From positions 96,001-160,000 of the forward strand of contig CAWIGG010000004.1 of the NCBI GenBank assembly GCA_963835575.1: DNA of 64,000 bases. The letters run 5' to 3'. Positions 56,538-64,000 of this stretch are shown here, in pieces. How positions within the stretch are numbered: position 1 is the stretch's first letter; every line of letters begins with the position of its first letter. The position numbers and the translations under genes were made by a program. The notes beneath the pieces were generated by a model that was not told the origin of the DNA, did not search any database, and saw nothing but the letters and a program-made list of their open reading frames with translations. The stretch comes from an uncultured Spirochaetota bacterium. Its GTDB lineage: Bacteria; Spirochaetota; Brevinematia; Brevinematales; JAOACQ01.

Positions 56538-57416
56538 ATGGAACAATTCATCACGCCTTTTTTATCGAATCAATTTATGATCAACGCCCTTCTTGCCGGA
56601 ATTTTGGTATCAATAGCCTGCGGGATCGTGGGCACCTTTATGATACTGCGCGGCCTGGCGTTCATAGGAGACGCGCTGGCCCATGGAGTGCTTCCCGGAG
56701 TCGCCGGAGCAATGCTCCTGGGTTTTCCAGGGCTTTTAGGCGCCGCCGCCGGAAGCCTGCTTATGATCGGAGGGATCAGCCTCATTACCAGAAAGACCCG
56801 CTTATCATCGGATTCCGCCATAGGGCTCCTCTTTGTCGGAATGCTCGCGCTGGGCGTTGTGATAGTCTCCCGTTCCAACTCCTTCTCCGGCGATCTGATC
56901 AATGTGCTTTTCGGTGAAATATTGGGTATATCGCGCAGCGATATTTTCATCCAGCTGGGAGCGACCGTTTTCCTGGGGATAACGGCTTACATTTTCCGGA
57001 GGCCTTTTCTTCTCCTCTGCTTCAGCCAGGAACAGGCCCAGGTTTCCGGTTTTTCCGCGAAGCTCTATCATGGCATCATGCTCCTGATGATCGCGCTGAC
57101 GGTCATCGTATCATTCCAGACAGTCGGCACGCTTCTGGTCTTCGGTATGCTGCTGGCTCCGGCCGGCACCAGCGCCCTGTTTTCAAGGCGTATGGGTACT
57201 ATGATGTTTCTGGCGTCGATCACCGGAATGGTATCGGTCTATCTGGGACTCCTGGCAAGTTATCATTTTAATTTCGCGGCCGGCGCGTCCATTACTCTGA
57301 CAGCGACGGTTATTTTTTTTATATCGCTCATTCTGACCCAGGTTTTCCGCCCAAAAAGAAAAACCCGGCCGGATAAGGCGGATTCTCAATCAGAAACCCT
57401 GGAGGCAAAAGAATGA
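56538..57416 (+). CDS. Zn/Mn ABC transporter permease (ZnuB/AztB-like)
   Basis: AFIGDALAHGVLPG, LFGEILG, QTVGTLLV. Confidence 0.93.
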   Translation: MEQFITPFLSNQFMINALLAGILVSIACGIVGTFMILRGLAFIGDALAHGVLPGVAGAMLLGFPGLLGAAAGSLLMIGGISLITRKTRLSSDSAIGLLFVGMLALGVVIVSRSNSFSGDLINVLFGEILGISRSDIFIQLGATVFLGITAYIFRRPFLLLCFSQEQAQVSGFSAKLYHGIMLLMIALTVIVSFQTVGTLLVFGMLLAPAGTSALFSRRMGTMMFLASITGMVSVYLGLLASYHFNFAAGASITLTATVIFFISLILTQVFRPKRKTRPDKADSQSETLEAKE

Positions 57417-58198
57417 ATGAATCTTTCATAACGGCCCGGGATTTGACCATCGGTTACGGCCGCCAGGTGATTATATCCGGTATCAACTTCACGCTTGAGC
57501 CTGGTAAAACCCTGGCCCTGGTAGGGGTCAACGGCTCCGGAAAATCCACGCTCCTGAAAACAATAGCCGGGCTTTTGCCTAAGATAGAAGGAAATATTAC
57601 CGTATTCGGCCGGGAGCCGGGCAAAACTCCTGTCCGTATTGCTTATTTAAGTCAGTTCAACCCCGCCGGTTTTCTATTGCCGCTGCGCGCCATTGATGTG
57701 GTGCGGATGGGACGATTTTCCGCGTTAGGCCTTCTGGGCCGGATGAAAAAAGAAGACGAGGATATAGTACGGAATTCAATGGACTTTATGGGCGTGCCGC
57801 ATCTGGCGGACAAAGCATTGAGTACGCTGTCCGGCGGACAGCGCCAGAGGGTCTTTCTCGCTCATGTCCTGGCCCGGCAGGCTGATCTGTTCCTTCTGGA
57901 CGAACCGGCATCCGGCCTGGATGTGCCGGGGAACGAGCTCTACAAAAAAGCCGTCGCCGCCATACTGAAACGGGGAGCCTCGCTGGTCATAGCGACCCAC
58001 AATATCAAAGAAGCAAGCATTTGCGATCAGGCCATGCTTTTAGCCCAGCGGGTTGTGACATATGGTCCAGGTAATTCTGTTTTAACTCCGGAAACGCTAT
58101 TATCGACTTTCGGCATTATCGCGAGGATGGAAGCCGGTCAGGTTGTTGTAGTTGAAAAGGAACATGGATGCGATCACGGCGAGGATAATTGCGATTGA
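57413..58198 (+). CDS. Zn/Mn ABC transporter ATPase (ZnuC/AztA-like)
   Basis: GVNGSGKST, LSGGQRQR, LLDEP, ATHN; His/Cys tail EHGCDHGEDNCD. Confidence 0.93.
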   Translation: MNESFITARDLTIGYGRQVIISGINFTLEPGKTLALVGVNGSGKSTLLKTIAGLLPKIEGNITVFGREPGKTPVRIAYLSQFNPAGFLLPLRAIDVVRMGRFSALGLLGRMKKEDEDIVRNSMDFMGVPHLADKALSTLSGGQRQRVFLAHVLARQADLFLLDEPASGLDVPGNELYKKAVAAILKRGASLVIATHNIKEASICDQAMLLAQRVVTYGPGNSVLTPETLLSTFGIIARMEAGQVVVVEKEHGCDHGEDNCD

Positions 58199-58578
58199 CG
58201 GCATTTTTCACATATACCGGTGAAATAGAGCGAGTGATGAAGGATCCGGTAGTGATATTTCTCTTCAATAGAATGAACGTAATTTTCTATAAAGCACTCG
58301 TCGAGCCGGATAAACTGATGACAGTTTTCACAATGAATGAAATGAATATGCCTGTCGTTTGTCGCGTAATAATACCGCATGTTCTCCTCGGTACTGCATT
58401 GGATCGAAAACCCTTCGATTAACTGCTGCGATTCCAGATATTTTAAAGCGCGGTATATAGTCGATAAATCGACTTTTTTACCATAAAGCTCATCTATCTC
58501 ACCGGCACTCAGAGGATTTGTCGACTTATTCAAGATATCCAGGATTTCTTTTCTGATATTGGTAAATGGTTTCCTCAT
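58174..58578 (-). CDS. Fur-family regulator, probably Zur
   Basis: VDLSTIYRAL, HIHFIHCENC, GICEKC; adjacent to the metal ABC operon. Confidence 0.9.
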   Translation of the reverse strand: MRKPFTNIRKEILDILNKSTNPLSAGEIDELYGKKVDLSTIYRALKYLESQQLIEGFSIQCSTEENMRYYYATNDRHIHFIHCENCHQFIRLDECFIENYVHSIEEKYHYRILHHSLYFTGICEKCRQSQLSSP

Positions 58579-58808
58579 TTTGCTCCCTCTTTCGGATGAA
58601 AGTCCGGTTCTTTTTTGTTTAATTTATCTTAAAGTTCTTTTTGATAAATTTCAAGGCCTGTTCTCCCCACTTTTTGAGCAGCCCCTTATTAATACAAGCT
58701 TTATCAATCCTATAATTTAACAAAAAGTGTTTTATACTGACATTCATAGGGTAGAATATCAACATTCAGGATTTTTTCTCCACTCGCATATATACACATG
58801 AGGTCATT

Positions 58809-59090
58809 CGGCAAGCCTCCAAGTTTTCAAGACAGAGTAGGATTCGCGAGATTAGTTTACCACGGAATGTCGCAGAAGTTCATGGAAATTATAAATTAAA
58901 TCTTTTACAAATATTTAACTTCATTAAACATTCAGTGTCATCCCGTGTAATTCTATGGCCGTTTTTTTACATCCTGTAAATCCCGATTAATCCTACCAAT
59001 CCTGCGGAACTTGTGCTGAGCCCATTCGCGAAGTTTATCCTGAGTGAAACGAAGGACTCAGGGCAAGCTCAGCCGAAGCATTGGGGTCAG
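58809..59090. repeat. Composite nested palindromic cluster at the right boundary of the metal island
   Basis: CCACGGAA...TCCCGTG, ATCCTG-type repeats, nested GCTGAGC/CTCAGGGC/CCTGAG units, ATTGGGGTC. Confidence 0.65.
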
Positions 59091-59147
59091 CCTAATTAAG
59101 TATTTTCATTTCAAGTTCTTTCTTATTCCATGTAAATTCAGGTTTTC

Positions 59148-59176
59148 TTGATTATCCGGTTATTAACAACTATAAT
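59148..59176 (+). promoter_or_regulatory. Sigma-70 promoter of oppBCDF (homologous to the binding-protein promoters)
   Basis: TTTTCTTGATTATCCGG...TATAATTTT, TTGATT-N17-TATAAT. Confidence 0.7.
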
Positions 59177-59261
59177 TTTACACCTTATTTACAAGTGGTT
59201 ATATCCAGTAAAAAAGGCTTCAATTTGACATATAATGAATTCTTGATTGGAGTATATTGTC

Positions 59262-60294
59262 ATGCGGGCTTATTTTTTAAAAAGGCTTCTGCTCATCATC
59301 CCGACAATGTTCGGCATAACAATAGCGTGCTTTCTGATCATGCAGGCCGTACCCGGCGGGCCTGTCGAACAGGCGATCCAGAAAATGCGGCGCCTCTCGC
59401 AGGGCGAGGGCGGGGCATCGCCCGGCACAGGCACCGTCCAGCAGAATATGACGCAGGAAGAAATAGAGAATATAAAAAAATACTATGGTTTTGATAAACC
59501 CATCCTGGTCCGCTATTTTCTCTGGCTGGGAAAGCTTGTCCGGTTCGACCTCGGCACTTCCTACTCCTATGAAAAGCCGGTTGCGGACGTCATTTTCAGC
59601 CGTCTTCCCATTTCGCTCACTTTCGGCATCACAAGCCTGTTTTTCACATACCTGATCTGCATCCCGCTCGGTGTGAAAAAAGCCCTTTCGCATGGGCTGA
59701 TCTTCGATCAGGTTTCGAGTGTTCTTGTTTTTATAGGCTATTCCATCCCGTCGTTTGTTCTGGGAGTTGTTCTGATCGTCCTTTTCGGAGGCGGCAGCTT
59801 CCTTAATATATTCCCCATCAGCGGCTTTGTGTCCGATAATTTCGAACAGCTTTCCTTTTTCGGCAAGATCGGCGATTATATCTCCCATATGTTCCTGCCT
59901 GTTCTGTGCTACACGGTCGGCAGTTTCGCCACCATCACGCTCCTGATGAAAAATTCCATGATGGAACAGCTCAACCAGGACTATATGCGCACGGCGCTTG
60001 CCAAGGGCCTGTCGTACCGCCAGGCAGTTCTGCGCCACGCCCTGAGGAATTCCCTGATCCCGATCGCCACCAATATCGGCATGATCATCGGCGTGATACT
60101 TTCCGGCTCTTTTTCTGATCGAAACAATCTTTACAATAGACGGCATGGGCCTCCTGGGCTACGAATCGATCATCAACCGCGATTATCCCGTGGCGCTGGG
60201 TTTGATCGTGATATCCAGCCTTCTTGTTCTCGTCGGCAGGATCATTTCCGACTTCTGCCTCGTGCTTGTCGATCCCCGCATCAGGTTTCAATAG
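59262..60294 (+). CDS. oppB: Peptide ABC permease OppB/YejB-like; +1 frameshift in T-run at ~60110-60114
   Basis: LKRLLLIIPTMFG, PGGPVE, DYMRTALAKGL...HALRNSLIP; removing one T restores GSFLIETIFTIDGMG...RDYPV...VDPRIRFQ. Confidence 0.88.
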
Positions 60295-60303
60295 GAGGCG
60301 GAC

Positions 60304-61341
60304 ATGCAGATATCACCGGTCACTCTTAAAAGGCTCCAGAAATTCCAGAAGATGAAGCGGGCTTCCGTTTCATTCTGGATATTGATTGTCCTATTTGTCA
60401 TTTCCCTTTTTGCCGATATTCTTGCCAACGACAAGCCTGTTTTTTTAAGTTATAAAGGAAAGCTTTTTTTCCCTATTTTCACATTTTATTCCGGCGATCA
60501 TTTCGGGTTGAAGACGACAGACGTCCCGAATTACAAAGAGCTCAATAAAAGCGCGGACTTTGAAAAGGGCAGCGGCAATTTTATGGTTTTCCCGCTGATA
60601 CCCTACGGATATAACGAGTCCCTTCTTTCTCTGCCCGGCAATCCCCCGACTCCGCCGACCTGGCAGAACCCGCTGGGGACCGATGACCGCGGGCGGGACA
60701 TCCTGACGCGGCTTCTCTACGGCTTCCGCATCAGCTTCAGCTTCGCGCTTCTCATCACGTTCGCCAGCATGGCGCTCGGCACTTTCATCGGGGCGATCCA
60801 GGGATTTTTCGGCGGGGCTTTCGATATCACAATGCAGAGGCTGATCGAGATCCTCTCGGCCCTGCCTTTCCTCTACATCGTCATCATCATCGGCAGTTCA
60901 CTGGGGACAAGCTTTGTGATACTCCTGTTCCTCTTTACCATTTTTGACTGGATCGATATCTCTTATTTTATCCGCTCCGAGTTTTATAAACTCCGCGAGG
61001 TCCCTTTTGTTGAGGCATCGCGGTCGCTGGGCGCGAAAAACGCGCAGATCATGTTCGGGCATATCCTGCCCAACGCCCTGACGCCGATCATTACCTTTCT
61101 TCCTTTTTACCTGATCGGGGCGATATTCTCGCTTTCAGCCCTGGATTTCCTAGGATTCGGACTGCCCGCGCCGACGCCGAGCATCGGAGAGCTCCTGCGC
61201 CAGGGCATGTCGAACCTCACAAGCTACTGGCTGTCGCTTTACCCGGCCGCGTTTTTATTTTTCATTCTTCTTCTCATAGCCTTTGTCGGCGAGGGCGTAC
61301 GGGACGCTTTCGACCCGAAGGAATATTATAGGATGGAGTAA
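60304..61341 (+). CDS. oppC: Peptide ABC permease OppC/YejE-like
   Basis: LGTDDRGRDILTRLLYGFR, FVEASRSLGA, HILPN, GEGVRDAFDP. Confidence 0.93.
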   Translation: MQISPVTLKRLQKFQKMKRASVSFWILIVLFVISLFADILANDKPVFLSYKGKLFFPIFTFYSGDHFGLKTTDVPNYKELNKSADFEKGSGNFMVFPLIPYGYNESLLSLPGNPPTPPTWQNPLGTDDRGRDILTRLLYGFRISFSFALLITFASMALGTFIGAIQGFFGGAFDITMQRLIEILSALPFLYIVIIIGSSLGTSFVILLFLFTIFDWIDISYFIRSEFYKLREVPFVEASRSLGAKNAQIMFGHILPNALTPIITFLPFYLIGAIFSLSALDFLGFGLPAPTPSIGELLRQGMSNLTSYWLSLYPAAFLFFILLLIAFVGEGVRDAFDPKEYYRME

Positions 61342-61377
61342 GACATAGAATTTGGAACATAATTAGAAACGGGGTAA

Positions 61378-61874
61378 TCCGCTAATACACGCGAATAAAC
61401 GCGAAGTAAAAAGAAGGAATAATTAATGCCTGATGAATTGATATTCAAAGATGAAGTGTTCAAAATAATCGGTTGTGCAATAGATGTCCAGAATGAATTG
61501 GGAATTGGTTTTTTAGAAGCAGTTTATCAGGAAGCTCTTGAGATCGAATTAAAAAAGCAACATGTGCCTTTTGAATCTCAAAAACGAATAAAAATTATTT
61601 ATAAAGAACAGATTCTTCAGAATGAATATATTGCTGATTTAGTATGTTTCAGCAATATTATAATCGAGCTTAAGGCTGAAGAAAAGCTGACATCCATAGA
61701 TAAATCTCAATTGCCGAATTATTTGAAGGCAACCGGCTTGCCTTTAGGACTGTTGATAAACTTTGGGGCAAAAAATAAATTGGAATGGAAAAGATTTGCC
61801 CGCACTAATTGCAGTAAGAATAAACAGTAAATTTAAACATATTATTAGCGTGACTTCGCGTGGCTTCGCGGAAG
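61378..61874 (+). mobile_element. GxxExxY gene bracketed by family A inverted repeats, inserted between oppC and oppD
   Basis: TCCGCTAATACACGCGAATAAACGCGAAG (61378-61406) and inverted ATTAGCGTGACTTCGCGTGGCTTCGCGGAAG (61844-61874); AT-rich interior. Confidence 0.65.
61426..61830 (+). CDS. GxxExxY protein (PD-(D/E)XK nuclease superfamily)
   Basis: LGIGFLEAVYQEAL, YIADLV, IIELKA, NYLKATG...GLLINFG. Confidence 0.92.
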   Translation: MPDELIFKDEVFKIIGCAIDVQNELGIGFLEAVYQEALEIELKKQHVPFESQKRIKIIYKEQILQNEYIADLVCFSNIIIELKAEEKLTSIDKSQLPNYLKATGLPLGLLINFGAKNKLEWKRFARTNCSKNKQ

Positions 61875-61893
61875 ACCTCACAAAGGAATTGTT

Positions 61894-62866
61894 ATGGAAA
61901 AAAACATCCTGGAAATACAGGACCTGACGGTCGAATTCGAGCTTGAGAACAGTTCTATCCGCGCCGTCGATGATGTGACGCTTGACATCGGCCCGTCCGA
62001 AGTGCTCGGTTTGGTCGGCGAATCCGGCTGCGGAAAAAGCACAACCGCTTTGTCAATTTTAAGGCTTATTCCATCGCCTCCCGGCAGAATTTCCGGCGGC
62101 AGAATACTCTGGAAGAAAAATGACCTCCTGGAACTTCCGATTGACCGGATGCGCGCGGTCCGGGGCCGTGAAATCAGCATGATCTTTCAGGAGCCCCTGT
62201 CCAGCTTTAATCCGGTCCAGAAAATCGGGAAGCAGGTTGAAGAGACTCTCTTGATCCATGAAAATATTGAAAAAGAAAGCACCCGGGACAGGGTCATCAA
62301 GATGTTCGGGCATGCGGGCCTCAAAAACCCGGAGCAGGTTTATGAATCCTATCCCCATGAACTATCCGGCGGCATGCGCCAGCGCGCCATGATCGCCATG
62401 GCCCTGATCCTGCAGACCCGAGCTCCTTATCGCCGACGAGCCGACAACGGCGCTGGATGTCACCATCCAGGCCCAGATCCTGAGCCTTATCAAGGACCTG
62501 CAGGAGGAGAACAGAATGTCGGTCCTTCTGATCACGCATAACCTGGGCATCGTCGCGCAGGTGGCTGACAGGGTGGCCGTGATGTACACGGGAAAGATCA
62601 TTGAGAACTCTCCCGTTTCCGATCTCTTTAAAAATCCCCTGCATCCCTATACGCAGGCGCTCCTGAAATCCGTCCCCAACCCGAACAGGAAGGGAAAACT
62701 GTATGCCATACCCGGAACCATCCCGAACATGGCCGATCTGCCGGGCGGCTGTCCGTTCCATCCCCGGTGTGAATCCGCCATGCCGGTCTGCAGGGAAAAA
62801 TTCCCGGACACAAAAGAAATGGAGAAAGGGCACAGCACGGCCTGCTGGCTTTACCTGGAGAATTGA
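61894..62866 (+). CDS. oppD: Peptide ABC ATPase OppD-like; +1 frameshift at ~62409-62410
   Basis: [16 protein letters not shown]; removing one C restores [19 protein letters not shown] and joins the C-terminal [15 protein letters not shown]. Confidence 0.88.
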
Positions 62867-63835
62867 ATGCAGAATATTATTGAGGTTAACAATTTAAAAA
62901 AATATTTCCCTATCCGCTCAGGGCTTTTCGGCCGTACGAAAAAATGGGCCGCGGCTGTGGATGATATCAGCTTTGCCGTCAGGGCGGGGGAAACGCTCGG
63001 CCTTGTCGGGGAGTCCGGCTGCGGAAAGACGACCGCCGCGCGCTGCATCCTGAGGCTTCTGGAAGCGACAGGCGGAGAAGTGATTTTTGAAGGCCGGAAT
63101 ATTTTAGAGCTCAAAGCCTCAGAAATGCGCCGGCTGAGGCGGAAAATGCAGATCATTTTTCAAGACCCGTATTCCTCGCTTAATCCGCGCCGTGTTATCC
63201 TCGATATCATCGGCGAGGGGCTGGAAATCCATAAAATGATAAAAGATAAAAAAGAGCTCCATGAAAAAGTAGCCGCTCTTCTTGAAAAGGTCGGCCTTTC
63301 TTCAGACATCATCTACCGCTATCCCCATGAGTTTTCCGGCGGCCAGCGGCAGAGGATTTCCATAGCCAGGGCCATATCGCTGTCGCCTTCATTTATTGTC
63401 TGCGACGAGCCGGTCTCTTCCTTAGACGTTTCCATACAGGCGCAGATCATCAATCTGCTGATGAAGCTCCAGGAAGAAATGAATATCACCTATCTATTTA
63501 TCGCGCACGACCTGGCGCTGGTCAAACATATCTCGCACAGGATCGCCGTGATGTACCTTGGGCAGATTGTTGAAACGGCGCCTTCGGAAGAGCTTTTTAA
63601 AAACCCCCTTCATCCTTATACCCTGATGCTCCTCTCATCCATTCCTGTGCCCGATCCGGAGATCAAACAGAAACGCGTCATCATGAGCGATGAGATCACA
63701 AAATTGCCGGAAGGAAAAAAGGGATGCGTCTTCGCTCCCCGCTGTCCCGAAGCGTCGAAGGAATGTTCGGAAAGCGGGATTGAGGATAAGTTTGTGACAA
63801 AAGACCATATGGTGAAGTGTTTGAAATTTAAGTAG
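62867..63835 (+). CDS. oppF: Peptide ABC ATPase OppF-like
   Basis: GESGCGKT, FSGGQRQR, CDEPVSSLDVSIQAQ, HPYT, GCVFAPRC. Confidence 0.94.
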   Translation: MQNIIEVNNLKKYFPIRSGLFGRTKKWAAAVDDISFAVRAGETLGLVGESGCGKTTAARCILRLLEATGGEVIFEGRNILELKASEMRRLRRKMQIIFQDPYSSLNPRRVILDIIGEGLEIHKMIKDKKELHEKVAALLEKVGLSSDIIYRYPHEFSGGQRQRISIARAISLSPSFIVCDEPVSSLDVSIQAQIINLLMKLQEEMNITYLFIAHDLALVKHISHRIAVMYLGQIVETAPSEELFKNPLHPYTLMLLSSIPVPDPEIKQKRVIMSDEITKLPEGKKGCVFAPRCPEASKECSESGIEDKFVTKDHMVKCLKFK

Positions 63836-64000
63836 AGTGTGCCGCAGAGGCATCCTTTGCCCTCCCTTCAAAAGACTTTTTGAAAACTTTTTTATTAACC
63901 ACAAAGTACACGAAGAACACGAAGTTTTTAATAATTGGACAAACTTTTTTGTTTAATTATCGTTGAACTTCTTTAATGAAGTTATAAAATGAAAATATTA

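Noticed and set aside
59277..60146. 289-aa minus-strand ORF
   Set aside because: Antisense shadow of oppB with no recognisable motifs

Overview
Bacterial chromosomal segment, almost certainly from a spirochete (flaA sheath gene, FlgD-Ig/OmpA protein); the exact lineage cannot be fixed from sequence alone. Housekeeping and envelope genes: lepB, an ECF sigma factor, ispF, PIN/TRAM, a SNF2 helicase, xerC/D, tatA-tatC-tatB, an Hsp70/J-domain pair, nth, HD-GYP, an NtrC-type regulator, rpe-PASTA-fmt-def and flaA. A peptide ABC operon (two binding proteins, then oppBCDF) is split by a ~10 kb metal (probably zinc) homeostasis island. There are two IS elements: an intact IS66 with an 8-bp target duplication and a frameshifted IS1182-like element. 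Highlights: (1) two paralogous DUF2946/CruR-like leader ORFs with a TM-His/Cys-CxxC-(44 aa)-RAPP layout, candidate metal-sensing ribosome-arrest peptides; (2) a GxxExxY (PD-(D/E)XK) nuclease gene bracketed by ~30-bp inverted repeats, with near-identical repeats also bracketing an unrelated AT-rich cassette (ClpP-class protease plus small peptide), suggesting a nuclease-associated mobile/cargo system; (3) several families of short palindromic elements inserted inside one another. Three +1 homopolymer frameshifts may be sequencing errors. No rRNA, tRNA or CRISPR array was recognised.
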